From: a virus
Lineage: Duplodnaviria; Caudoviricetes
Direction: 5' to 3' (one strand)
Virus record (IMG/VR): IMGVR_UViG_3300049856_000058
Coordinates: 1-35,562 of that record
DNA: 35,562 nt
Under the pieces are notes generated by a model. The model searched no databases. It was not told where the DNA came from and saw only the letters and a list, made by a program, of their open reading frames with translations. A program made the position numbers and the translations under genes. This document shows, in pieces, positions 25,765-33,860 of this stretch. Every line of letters begins with the position of its first letter. Position 1 is the first letter of the stretch.

Positions 25765-26060
25765 TAGACTTTGATGAGTCCTTTGGCAATGCGCAGGCTT
25801 GTGGTCTCGAATAGGGCGCGGAGGATGTCGAACGACAGATCGAGCGGGGACATGCCGACGAGTTTAGTCCGCCCGTCCAGAACATCATGGCAGGCAGCGC
25901 AGGCGTGGATTGACCAAAAATCGGGCGACTTGTAGCCCATGCCCTTGCGGACGGATGGCAGGTGGCAGCACACAACAGTTTCATTGTCCGGGCCGGGGCT
26001 ACAGCCTGGGAGCCTTAACGTGCAGTCTTGATTGCGGGCGAATGCTGTTAGCTTCGACAT
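25764..26060 (-). CDS. DUF1364-family (YbcO-like) Zn-binding putative nuclease
   Basis: MSKL...ARNQDCTLRLPGC...ETVVCCH...GMGYKSPD...ACAACHDVLDGR. Confidence 0.85.
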   Translation of the reverse strand: MSKLTAFARNQDCTLRLPGCSPGPDNETVVCCHLPSVRKGMGYKSPDFWSIHACAACHDVLDGRTKLVGMSPLDLSFDILRALFETTSLRIAKGLIKV

Positions 26061-26100
26061 TTGGCCCAGTGACCTTTTACAATTGGCCCAGTGATATCGA

Positions 26101-26128
26101 TTGCACCACTGCACGAAATCGCTATTCT
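26101..26128 (+). promoter_or_regulatory. putative sigma70 promoter of the antisense gene pair
   Basis: TTGCAC-16 nt-TATTCT, followed by a GAGGGAG RBS before 26174. Confidence 0.5.
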
Positions 26129-26173
26129 ACTCCCATGCCCTGCCGCGTTGGTGGGGATTGAGGGAGAACGAAC

Positions 26174-26458
26174 ATGGCCATCAGCATCAAAGACGTCCAG
26201 AAGGCTATCAGCATTCAAGGCTACGTCACATTCACGCAGCGCGGTATTGAGCAGCGCGCAACTTCGATCAAGGTTGTCGGTTCGCGCTGGGTGACGGATG
26301 TCCCCTCGGCCGACCTGATGTCCTTCGCCTTTTTCGAAAAGTCCCCGGCGAAAGAATCCTTGACCGCCCAAGCGCGCCGGATCATCAACAACGCAGAAGC
26401 CATCACCGCTGCCCGCGCCGCTCGCCTTGCCGAAGGCGTTCAGGCAATGAGCAACTAG
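26174..26458 (+). CDS. hypothetical protein (antisense insertion)
   Basis: 94 aa, strong RBS, fills the gap between minus-strand genes. Confidence 0.75.
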   Translation: MAISIKDVQKAISIQGYVTFTQRGIEQRATSIKVVGSRWVTDVPSADLMSFAFFEKSPAKESLTAQARRIINNAEAITAARAARLAEGVQAMSN

Positions 26459-26459
26459 C

Positions 26460-26774
26460 ATGACCCGCCCCTACAAGCGCCGCATAGGCCCGCAGCAGCG
26501 AGCGGTTGAGCTGCGGGTGATCCTTGAGCCGGGGCTGTCGATGACCGGCTTAGCGGCGATCCTAGCGCCGGGGAAACCGACGTGGCAGACCTTTGCCGCG
26601 ATCCATCGGGCCATTGAGGCCGGGCTGATCGTTGGCGTGCCGGGGCCGCGTAGGTCACTGAGGCTGTATCCCAGCTTGCAGGAAGCCGAGGCATCGAAAG
26701 GCTTCTTCTACGCTCCGAACGGTGGAGACGGTGCCGTCCCACTCGTGGTGCCAGCGGACTTGATCGAGGGTTAG
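26460..26774 (+). CDS. putative winged-helix protein
   Basis: PGLSMTGLAAIL...FAAIHRAIEAGLIVGVPG..R..RLY; 3' end overlaps the convergent nuclease gene. Confidence 0.5.
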   Translation: MTRPYKRRIGPQQRAVELRVILEPGLSMTGLAAILAPGKPTWQTFAAIHRAIEAGLIVGVPGPRRSLRLYPSLQEAEASKGFFYAPNGGDGAVPLVVPADLIEG

Positions 26775-26960
26775 TTGCTGGTCTGCTTTGGGCTTGTCGG
26801 GATTTTTTACCTCCATGAGGTAATTGGTCCCGGCAAACCCCACAAGCAAGTCCGGGCACCCCTTCCCCACTGCGGCGAGCGACTGCACTGAGCACCCGGC
26901 CTGGAGCAGCGCCGCCACGATTGCCGGCTGGTTTTCGTCAATCCTTGCGGCTCTACGCAT
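26655..26960 (-). CDS. VRR-NUC / Holliday-junction resolvase-like PD-(D/E)xK nuclease
   Basis: RAARIDENQPAIVAAL...GCPDLLVG...LMEVK...LTLDQ..WH..W.G. Confidence 0.85.
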   Translation of the reverse strand: MRRAARIDENQPAIVAALLQAGCSVQSLAAVGKGCPDLLVGFAGTNYLMEVKNPDKPKADQQLTLDQVRWHHEWDGTVSTVRSVEEAFRCLGFLQAGIQPQ

Positions 26961-27120
26961 GGGGCTGTGGCCGCTTCGGATACCTGATGCGGATAGTTGA
27001 AGGCTCCCCGCGCTTTGCCTTCTCAACCTCTCGCTTCATGGCATCGATGAACGCCTGCTTGTCTGCCGTGGCCTTTTCCAACTCCCGCATGGCTAGGTCG
27101 TATGTGATTGGCTTAGGCAT
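26953..27120 (-). CDS. hypothetical protein, 55 aa (MPKPITYDLA...)
   Basis: GGAGG upstream; overlaps both neighbours. Confidence 0.55.
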   Translation of the reverse strand: MPKPITYDLAMRELEKATADKQAFIDAMKREVEKAKRGEPSTIRIRYPKRPQPHA

Positions 27121-27727
27121 CGGCTTCCTCCATCTCCCACGCCGGGCACCACGGACGGACTGCCTTTGCCCACAGGTCGCGCTCAATCGCCATTTCGATG
27201 CCATCGAACCACGACGCTCGGCTTGGAGGCGCTGCGTTCCTGTTCTGGCGTTTCCGCTCCGATGTGCGCAGCGCCATTTCGCGCATCCTGATCGCCTTCG
27301 GGCTCGCGACACCAGCCTCCACCGCCCATTTCGCAACGGTTGCCGTGCCAATGTGCAGCTTCTGCGCGGCGACGTAAAAGTGCTCGGTCGTGTACTTCTC
27401 CAAAAACGTCGCCCGCTGCCTTTCCAGCCACCGCTCGCGAGGGGTTTTGCCATGAAGGCCAGCGACCTGAACAGACCAGCGACGAATCGTGTCCTCGCTC
27501 ACGCCGTACCGCTGCGCCAGGGCTCCACGAGGGACGCCGAGCTCGGCATCGGCAAAGCCTTCGGGCACCGGCATTCGTGGCGTGCCGCATGTCCGTAGCT
27601 GCACGCCTGTGCGCCGGTTGCGCTCGTAGACGGCTTTGATTGTCAGCCCGGTCATTTCGGCCAATTCGGCCGCTGTTTTGCCCTTCGCTAGCTCAAACCA
27701 CTGCACCTGTGTGTATGCCTCGCTCAT
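27113..27727 (-). CDS. multi-HTH DNA-binding protein
   Basis: Three HTH-like segments: TAAELAEMTGLTIKAVY, LAQRYGVSEDTIRRW and AAQKLHIGTATVAKW. Confidence 0.7.
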   Translation of the reverse strand: MSEAYTQVQWFELAKGKTAAELAEMTGLTIKAVYERNRRTGVQLRTCGTPRMPVPEGFADAELGVPRGALAQRYGVSEDTIRRWSVQVAGLHGKTPRERWLERQRATFLEKYTTEHFYVAAQKLHIGTATVAKWAVEAGVASPKAIRMREMALRTSERKRQNRNAAPPSRASWFDGIEMAIERDLWAKAVRPWCPAWEMEEADA

Positions 27728-27870
27728 TGGATGGCCTGCATTGCAACACTGAGCACGTATGCGACCGCCAAAGCGATGGCGAAGGCTCCGAGCACGTCAA
27801 GCCACCTTGCGGGCTGTACGGACGTTCTACGGGGCGCGTAAGGGGCTGTTCGTCGTTCGTTGTTGATCAT
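27724..27870 (-). CDS. small membrane protein, 48 aa
   Basis: MINNERR...WLDVLGAFAIALAVAYVLSVAM; ATGA overlaps. Confidence 0.6.
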   Translation of the reverse strand: MINNERRTAPYAPRRTSVQPARWLDVLGAFAIALAVAYVLSVAMQAIQ

Positions 27871-28130
27871 GCTTCCGGCTCCACTCGCGGAATGTAGTTC
27901 GTGCCACCGCGCGGCCACAGGTGCATGCGGACGGGATAGCCGCCGATGCTTTCGAGGTCGGCCTGGGTGTACTCGTGCATGTTCAAGCGCCCGTATCCCG
28001 GCCCAACGTAGGTGTACGGCAGCCGGTAGTGGGGCAGGTAGTTCACGCCGTCTAGGCGCATGGCCCACTGCTCTTGGTGCGGCTGCTCCACGAACTCAAG
28101 CAGCTTGCGGGGTTTCTCGATGATGCTCAT
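27867..28130 (-). CDS. hypothetical protein (MSIIEKPR...)
   Basis: GGAGG RBS; ATGA overlaps. Confidence 0.65.
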   Translation of the reverse strand: MSIIEKPRKLLEFVEQPHQEQWAMRLDGVNYLPHYRLPYTYVGPGYGRLNMHEYTQADLESIGGYPVRMHLWPRGGTNYIPRVEPEA

Positions 28131-28381
28131 GCGCTGGCCTCCTTCGCTTTGAACATGGCGCAGAAAAATTTCGACTTGGTGTAGAGCACTGCCCTGTAGT
28201 CCGAACCGTCCTGAACAAAGGCCAGCGCGTCGGCGTGCTTTGTCTGAATCACGCGCTCCGCCTTCTCGCTCCACTCTGTGGCGTCCCAAAGTTGGGGAGT
28301 CGCGCCACAGGTGCCAATGTCATCAATCTCGCGCCATTGGCCCGTATCGCCGTCCCAATGTCTGCAATCTGCGCATTTCAT
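28127..28381 (-). CDS. Cys-containing hypothetical protein (MKCADCRHW...G.C...FFC..F)
   Basis: CxxC-H-W start, AAGGA RBS. Confidence 0.7.
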   Translation of the reverse strand: MKCADCRHWDGDTGQWREIDDIGTCGATPQLWDATEWSEKAERVIQTKHADALAFVQDGSDYRAVLYTKSKFFCAMFKAKEASA

Positions 28382-28394
28382 TCGTTCCTTCTCC

Positions 28395-29237
28395 CTACTT
28401 GGTTTTGATCGTATCGACATCGACGCCCATTGCCGCCATCTGGCGACGCCATGCGGCGGTGCTCATGTCTGGGTTTAACCCCTCCTGCGGGTCGTTGCGC
28501 TCACGGGATTTCACCGATCCCACAGGCGGCGCGAACTTGCTCGGACCCAGCGCAACAGGCTCGAAAACCGTCTGCCAGCCCCGCTCGATTGCGGTGTTGA
28601 TCAGGTCGCGCGGGCTATGCCCTTTGGCTCGAAGCGAATCAAGCTTGGCGATCACCAGCGAAGGCGCTCGGCCCTTCAGCGGTTTGCGAAGTGCGGCCCT
28701 GTGGGCGACGAATGCTGCCCAGTCGTCCTCATCCAGCCATTCAGGCAAAACAAACTCAGCACGCTTGCGTGCGCTTCTTGTTGTATCTGCTTCTGAGCTT
28801 GCATCTGAGTATGAGGGGCTAACATTGCTAACAGCTGCTAACACTGCTAACGGCGAATCACCCGAGCTAACAGCGGCCCGCTTGGCGCGCATCAGGTCGC
28901 GCATGTACTCGCGGCGGTCGGCCGCTGTACGCATGTCGCGATAGTGCTTGTAGTTGACGATGCGCCAGCCCCACGGCCGAGCGTCGTTGATCAGTTCAAT
29001 ACGCCGGCCTTCACAGTCCTGACTGCGGCTGTGCGGGTCAGGCAATATCAACACTGCCAATCCCTTAGCGATGATATGCGCCGGGATCGTGGTGCGTCGG
29101 CTGATCGCTTCGGCTGTCATATCAACCACGCCTTCGCTGTCACTGAGGATCAGCAATTGCTGAAACGTAACGATGGCTTCCCATCCCGCATCAACGATGG
29201 TCCCGTCGTACATGCTGGCAAATATCTTGGCGTACAT
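28395..29237 (-). CDS. phage replication initiator protein
   Basis: MYAKIFASMYDGT...LLILSDSEGVVDMT...PDPHSRS...EGRRI...GWRIVNYKHYR N-terminal domain, LPEWL...W..F..HR...W..VF C-terminal domain, internal iterons. Confidence 0.8.
   Translation of the reverse strand: MYAKIFASMYDGTIVDAGWEAIVTFQQLLILSDSEGVVDMTAEAISRRTTIPAHIIAKGLAVLILPDPHSRSQDCEGRRIELINDARPWGWRIVNYKHYRDMRTAADRREYMRDLMRAKRAAVSSGDSPLAVLAAVSNVSPSYSDASSEADTTRSARKRAEFVLPEWLDEDDWAAFVAHRAALRKPLKGRAPSLVIAKLDSLRAKGHSPRDLINTAIERGWQTVFEPVALGPSKFAPPVGSVKSRERNDPQEGLNPDMSTAAWRRQMAAMGVDVDTIKTK
28818..28871. repeat. iteron-like GCTAAC repeats (putative origin)
   Basis: GCTAAC at 28818, 28827, 28837, 28846 and 28866, within the initiator's linker region. 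Confidence 0.75.
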
Positions 29238-29251
29238 GCTGCCTCTTTTGC

Positions 29252-29278
29252 TGCTAACCAGTGCTAACCGATGCTAAC
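29252..29278. repeat. three TGCTAAC repeats with a 10-bp period upstream of the initiator
   Basis: Copies at 29252, 29262 and 29272. Confidence 0.75.
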
Positions 29279-29321
29279 ACTGTGCCCAGCAGCGCGCCAC
29301 TCGCGAATGGTTTGGAGTGGG

Positions 29322-29597
29322 TCAAGCATCGGTTGCCTCTGAAATGACGGCATCGATGGCTTCATGCACAGCAATCAGAAGTTCAGCGTCAGAGGCTTCG
29401 CCTTGTACTGCAATCGCAGTAGCTCGGTCATGGATATCAATCTCTCCAATCTGACCGATTCCGACATCCTCCAGCAGCCACAGCAAGTCCCTCCTCAGCC
29501 CCTCGTTCTCGCTTTTAAGGCGGCCGCCTTCCGCCTTGAGTTCACAGATCAAGCACTGACGCTTCAGCCCGCCATGCTTACATTCAATCCGTTCCAT
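29322..29597 (-). CDS. hypothetical protein
   Basis: CKHGGLKRQCLICE followed by a coiled coil; GGAAGGA RBS. Confidence 0.7.
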   Translation of the reverse strand: MERIECKHGGLKRQCLICELKAEGGRLKSENEGLRRDLLWLLEDVGIGQIGEIDIHDRATAIAVQGEASDAELLIAVHEAIDAVISEATDA

Positions 29598-29616
29598 CGT
29601 CCTTCCCTCTCGTTGT

Positions 29617-29687
29617 TGGTGCGCGGGCAGGGACTCGAACCCTGCATCACCGATTTATTATGTCGGGCTCTACTTGAGCTACCGCGC
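29617..29687 (-). tRNA. degenerate tRNA-like gene, apparent anticodon AAT (Ile)
   Basis: GCGCGG-TA-GCTC-AAGTA-GAGC-CCGAC-ATAATAA-ATCGG-TGAT-GCAGGG-TTCGAGT-CCCTGC-CCGCGC-ACCA. Has a T-loop and CCA, but a 5-nt D-loop and a 6-bp acceptor stem. Confidence 0.55.
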
Positions 29688-29712
29688 GAAGTTGTACGCG
29701 TTGGTTACATGT

Positions 29713-29928
29713 TCACCACGGCAGCCCGTGCGGGTGGATGCAGGTCATTACTCGCTCCGGCGCTATCCAATGGGTTTCATCCGATTCATCGGCCAGAGCC
29801 TGAGCACGATCAAGAGCATTCTGATGGCCCGTCACTTGATCCAGCCAGACCGTGTACTTGTCGAAAATGTCCCACACCGTCTCATCAGGCGCGGGCTGGA
29901 TGTCCTCGAACAAGGGCAAAGAACTCAT
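29713..29928 (-). CDS. hypothetical protein (MSSLPLFED...)
   Basis: ATGA overlap with the AP2 ORF. Confidence 0.6.
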   Translation of the reverse strand: MSSLPLFEDIQPAPDETVWDIFDKYTVWLDQVTGHQNALDRAQALADESDETHWIAPERVMTCIHPHGLPW

Positions 29929-30281
29929 ATCGTGCACCCTTCGTGGTAGACGCGCTTCGCATCTAGATATGCGGCATGCGCAAGCTCTGCTGTTGAAAAT
30001 GAACCGAGATGTAGATTCTTGCCCCTAACCGAAATGCTGGCTTGCCATGGGTTCAACCTATTGGCGCGGTGAACGCCCAACAACCCGCCGCCAGGACGTA
30101 TGGGAATTGCACCCCGCCTGGAGCTGCTTTGGTGTCTGAGGCACAGCAAGGCCCAGGGTGTTGCACCATGCGTCTGGTTTGGTACTCTGTGCACTCGCTC
30201 GGGCGGTGCGGGAGTTATCGTTCCTTTCGCATCGGGGAAAACCGACGAATTCCTTTTACGCTCGCCTGATCCCTCGGTCAA
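29925..30281 (-). pseudogene. AP2 DNA-binding domain, probable HNH-AP2 endonuclease remnant; start uncertain
   Basis: GLLGVH...WQASISVRGKNLHLGSFSTAELAHAAYLDAKRVYH; no HNH motif upstream. Confidence 0.6.
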
Positions 30282-30305
30282 GCGTTGAAGGGCAACAGAG
30301 CCTCC

Positions 30306-30551
30306 TCACGGGGGCTTTTTTGCGTCTGGGCGCTTCTGCTCAAAGTTCAGCGCACACGAAGCCATGCTCGCCCCGCTTGGAGCCATGCACAGCCGAGCGC
30401 CATCGCAGCCGCAGTTCGGGAAACAGCAATACAGAAAGTCCTCTTCCGTGTTGCCGTACTCATCGATATCTAGGCCGCACGTTTTGCACTTCAGGTCTTT
30501 CGAATCCTGATGTTCGCGCCAGTCAACACAGTGCTTCGGTCTATCGTTCAC
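30306..30551 (-). CDS. Cys-rich hypothetical protein
   Basis: GTG start after GGAG; CKTC...YGNTE...CCFPNCGCDGARLCMA. Confidence 0.65.
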   Translation of the reverse strand: MNDRPKHCVDWREHQDSKDLKCKTCGLDIDEYGNTEEDFLYCCFPNCGCDGARLCMAPSGASMASCALNFEQKRPDAKKPP

Positions 30552-30570
30552 TCGCTCTCTCCTCTCCAGC

Positions 30571-30741
30571 CTAACCGCTGGCGTTGTTGTTTGTGGGGGT
30601 GGCAGCATCTTGCGCTGCATGCTGTTCGTGCGCGTATAGCCACCCGGCATAATGCCCGTGTCGCCAGCCGTAACGCTGGCCCCACACGAAACCGCAGACG
30701 AACAGGAACGCGCCGGCACAGAGGAGCTGGAGGGTTGTCAT
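30571..30741 (-). CDS. small membrane-anchored protein, 56 aa (MTTLQLLCAGAFLFVCGFVWGQRYGW...)
   Basis: Read by hand; ATGA overlap at 30738-30741. Confidence 0.6.
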   Translation of the reverse strand: MTTLQLLCAGAFLFVCGFVWGQRYGWRHGHYAGWLYAHEQHAAQDAATPTNNNASG

Positions 30742-30962
30742 AGGCGCTTGCCCTCAAACATCAGCGTAGGCTCGTGATAGCCGCTGTCATCGATGAACAG
30801 CACGCGGATGCGCTTTTTCTCCGTGAAGAACTTCGACGCTTTGATCAACGCATCTTCGAGCGTTGCATAATCCATCGTGACGGTCTCCCATGTGCGACAG
30901 CCTTCCGCGCGCACCTGCCCTATGTAGTGACCCGGCGGCGCGTAGATGTGTACGTCAGTCAT
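30738..30962 (-). CDS. hypothetical protein
   Basis: 74 aa, coupled to both neighbours. Confidence 0.65.
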   Translation of the reverse strand: MTDVHIYAPPGHYIGQVRAEGCRTWETVTMDYATLEDALIKASKFFTEKKRIRVLFIDDSGYHEPTLMFEGKRL

Positions 30963-31161
30963 CGTTCGTCACCTGTTGTGCGATCAGCCGGCGAAGGTTC
31001 AAGGCGTGCATGTCGTGTGCAATGGCCCGTGTGAGGCTCGCCGAAATCATCAGGCTGGCGACGACATCTGCGTATCCCTCCACCAGCTCCGCGTTGACGC
31101 GCGTCAGGCGGGCGACCTCAAGCCGCAGCTTGTCTATTGCGATTTCGTCTATGTCGCTCAT
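30955..31161 (-). CDS. hypothetical helical protein (MSDIDEIA...)
   Basis: ATGA overlap with the upstream gene. Confidence 0.55.
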   Translation of the reverse strand: MSDIDEIAIDKLRLEVARLTRVNAELVEGYADVVASLMISASLTRAIAHDMHALNLRRLIAQQVTNDD

Positions 31162-31373
31162 ACATGCCCCCATGATTCCCTGGCCGCGATCTGTTCGATG
31201 CAGCGCTTGCCAACGCCGAACTTTGCGCCGAGTTGTTTGTTCGACAACCTCCGCGCCTCCTTCAGCAGCTTTGCCCGCTCCACAAGGGCATCGCGTATCA
31301 ACCGAACATCGTCTGCGGTTAGTTTGGCGTTGTAGTGATCGTCTCCCCGTCTGACGTGTGCGTGCATGGTCAT
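31158..31373 (-). CDS. stand-alone HTH of the type found C-terminal to HNH endonucleases
   Basis: RGDDHYNAKLTADDVRLIR...LGAKFGVGKRCIEQI...SWGHV. Confidence 0.7.
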   Translation of the reverse strand: MTMHAHVRRGDDHYNAKLTADDVRLIRDALVERAKLLKEARRLSNKQLGAKFGVGKRCIEQIAARESWGHV

Positions 31374-32224
31374 AGCAGAGATCCCTGCAACGAATGCGCG
31401 CGGATGTTCTCGCAGGCTTGCTTGAAGTACTGCGGCTTCAGTTCGACGCCAACGAACCTGCGGCCCATTCCAACGGCACAATAGCCCTCGCTGCCGATGC
31501 CCATGAACGGCGATAGAACAGTGTCGCCTTCGTTGCTCCACATCGTCAGCGCGCGTTCGATCACGTCAAGCTGTAGTGGGCAAAGGTGGCGTTCGTCCTC
31601 AACACTCCGCGCTGACTTCACATTGAGCACGCGCGTCTGGCTGATGCCTTCCCATACCGGGCTGGCCCACTTCTGCCACTGCTCAACGGGGAAGTCTTCC
31701 GGGTCATGCGTGATCGGACTAGCGTTGTCACCGGGCTTGATGAACGTCAGTAGGTAGTCAGGCATCCCGCTGCTGTCCTTCTTCAGTTGCTTGTAGAGAA
31801 GCCCGACGTGCTTCGTGCGGGTCATCTCCACCACCGGGCATTTCCAGATGGTGCGGCGCGAGTGGTAGATCCAGCCCACTTCCTGATGGATGCGGATGAT
31901 GTCGCCGCTGAAGTCCTTGATGCCGACCGCGCCGTCCTTCCACTTCGTCATCGGCAGGTCAGAACAATGCACGGCCGTCAGGCGTCCGGGCTTCGTCAGC
32001 CGGAACTTCTCGCGCACCAGATGGGCATAGTGGATGCTGAATTCCTCGTCGGTGCTATTGCCCATGTCTGCCGCGCTTTCGCTGTAGACGAACAACGAGC
32101 CGAAGGGCGGCGAGTACACGCTGAAGTCGATGCACTCATCGGGAAACTGCGACAAAACGCTCACGCAATCGCCGTTGTACGCGCTGAAGTCCTCGCCCTG
32201 ATACTCGTTCAAACAGCTAACCAT
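31370..32224 (-). CDS. DNA N4-cytosine / N6-adenine methyltransferase (beta class)
   Basis: Catalytic SPPF precedes HLCPLQL and the SAM-binding VLSPFMGIGSEG...GVELK. Confidence 0.9.
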   Translation of the reverse strand: MVSCLNEYQGEDFSAYNGDCVSVLSQFPDECIDFSVYSPPFGSLFVYSESAADMGNSTDEEFSIHYAHLVREKFRLTKPGRLTAVHCSDLPMTKWKDGAVGIKDFSGDIIRIHQEVGWIYHSRRTIWKCPVVEMTRTKHVGLLYKQLKKDSSGMPDYLLTFIKPGDNASPITHDPEDFPVEQWQKWASPVWEGISQTRVLNVKSARSVEDERHLCPLQLDVIERALTMWSNEGDTVLSPFMGIGSEGYCAVGMGRRFVGVELKPQYFKQACENIRAHSLQGSLL

Positions 32225-33582
32225 GCTGGCAATCTCCCGGTATGTGTTGGCACGTATGCCGTTTTGGTTTGTGATGCGATGCCCATGTTTCGGCGCATGG
32301 CCTCGCGCATTGCGGCTTTCATGCTCGCGTGGTCATCGGCCTTGCGATCAATCACGCGCGCAATCGTGTCTTCGCCTTCTGCGACGATCAGATGCACGTT
32401 GACGGTTTTGGTCTGACCGAACCGCCAGAATCGGCGCACAGCCTGATACCAACTCTCATAGCTGAACGAACGCCCAACGAATACCGTGTTTGAGCAGTGC
32501 TGCCAGTTCAGGCCGAACCCGCAAATGCTGCTTTTGGTGACGATCACGCGGGCCGACCCGTCAGCGAATGCAAGCAGGTTGCGTTCCTTCTGTTCGGAAG
32601 GCATCGAACCGCGCACCTCAAGTAGTCCAGGCATTCCCTTGAGCGCCGTCATCACCGCATCGGCTTCGTAATCAGTATCGACCCACACGACACATGGACC
32701 GTCACCAATCACTGATGCGGCCATTTGTGCGCGTGCTGTAGCCGTTGCGCGCTTGGTCGTGTGCATCGTGGTGGCGCTCATCACGTCATCGCCGAACAAA
32801 CCACCAGTGACCACGCTGGCCGACTTGTCGGCCCGGTGTCGGGTGATGTTCATGGGCGGCAACACAAAGCCATCGTCGCAATCTCCAAGGTCCGAAGGCA
32901 GTTGAGCCATGCGCGACCACGAAGCCATCCAGTCCCAGAACGGCACGACGGCGTGATGCTTTAGCCGCCATTCCTGAGACGCTGTTGCGGCATCGTTGAT
33001 GAAGAACCGCGACAACATCTCAGTGCGCAACATGATTGAGCAGAATTCCGCATGCGTCCCAAGCTCTAGATGGTCATTCGGTGCTGGAGTCGCGGTAGCT
33101 GATAGCTTCCACCTATGGCCAGCAAATGCGTCTATCAGCGTGCGCGTAGTGGTTCCCATGAAGCTCTTGAGAATGCTGGACTCATCAAGCGACACGACGC
33201 CAAACGCTTGCGGATCGAGCAAGTGCAGCCGGTCATAGTTGGCGACGTTGATGCCTTCGCGCGCTTCTGACTGGTCACGAATGACCCGAGCCGGGTAGCC
33301 AAACTTGACGCCCTCGCGCGCTATTTGTTGGGTGACGGCCAACGGCGTGAGAATCAAGGCCATGCCGTTCGATGCGTTGCGCGCGTGCTCGCACCACTCA
33401 AGTTGGCAGAGCGTTTTCCCCAGCCCGGTATCGAGGAACAGCCCGCCGCTGCCGACGGTTAGCAGGTGCTCGACGCACGCACGCTGGAATGGGAACAGAT
33501 GCGAGGACAGCGCAGGCACGGACGTAAGGCCACGCATCGGCGCAACGACTGCCTTACTCGCCAGAAACTCGGCGTAGCTCAT
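32209..33582 (-). CDS. SNF2-family helicase
   Basis: DTGLGKT, LDESS, SATATPAPND, GFGLNWQ and YQAVRRFWRFGQ motifs. Confidence 0.9.
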   Translation of the reverse strand: MSYAEFLASKAVVAPMRGLTSVPALSSHLFPFQRACVEHLLTVGSGGLFLDTGLGKTLCQLEWCEHARNASNGMALILTPLAVTQQIAREGVKFGYPARVIRDQSEAREGINVANYDRLHLLDPQAFGVVSLDESSILKSFMGTTTRTLIDAFAGHRWKLSATATPAPNDHLELGTHAEFCSIMLRTEMLSRFFINDAATASQEWRLKHHAVVPFWDWMASWSRMAQLPSDLGDCDDGFVLPPMNITRHRADKSASVVTGGLFGDDVMSATTMHTTKRATATARAQMAASVIGDGPCVVWVDTDYEADAVMTALKGMPGLLEVRGSMPSEQKERNLLAFADGSARVIVTKSSICGFGLNWQHCSNTVFVGRSFSYESWYQAVRRFWRFGQTKTVNVHLIVAEGEDTIARVIDRKADDHASMKAAMREAMRRNMGIASQTKTAYVPTHTGRLPAWLAV

Positions 33583-33776
33583 TTCCTGACATCCGCGTTA
33601 AGCGCCTTCTTCGGCAGCTTGGTGATGCGCTGCACGTCGGCTATGCGCTTCGGTGGCACCCGGCCGCGCAGTAGCCAGCCGGTCACTGTTGACTGTGTGA
33701 TTCCCAGCGACTTGGCGAGGCTTGCTGCCCTGCCCCTTGGCGCTAGCCATTGTTTAAAACGTGTCATGTCGGTCAT
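33579..33776 (-). CDS. Cro-like HTH regulator
   Basis: ASLAKSLGITQSTVTGW...VP..R...VQRIT; first gene of the leftward unit. Confidence 0.8.
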   Translation of the reverse strand: MTDMTRFKQWLAPRGRAASLAKSLGITQSTVTGWLLRGRVPPKRIADVQRITKLPKKALNADVRK

Positions 33777-33802
33777 TGCCGGCCCTCAGTTGGTGAGCGT
33801 TG

Positions 33803-33831
33803 ACCATAACCCGTGCTTTTTTGCTTGTCTA
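33803..33831 (-). promoter_or_regulatory. putative sigma70 promoter for the cro-like unit
   Basis: TAGACA-17 nt-TATGGT on the minus strand. Confidence 0.6.
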
Positions 33832-33843
33832 GCACTTCGCGTA

Positions 33844-33857
33844 TATTTCGCGAAATA
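33844..33857. promoter_or_regulatory. palindromic operator candidate
   Basis: TATTTCGCGAAATA, a perfect 14-bp dyad between the divergent -35 boxes. Confidence 0.6.
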
Positions 33858-33860
33858 GTG

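Noticed and set aside
28240-28944. 234-aa plus-strand ORF (also 26921-27598 and 29364-29966)
   Set aside because: Antisense to well-coupled minus-strand genes, with no RBS or motifs.
29617-29660. tRNA 3' half as an attP core
   Set aside because: No integrase nearby, and the 5' half of the tRNA-like element is also present.
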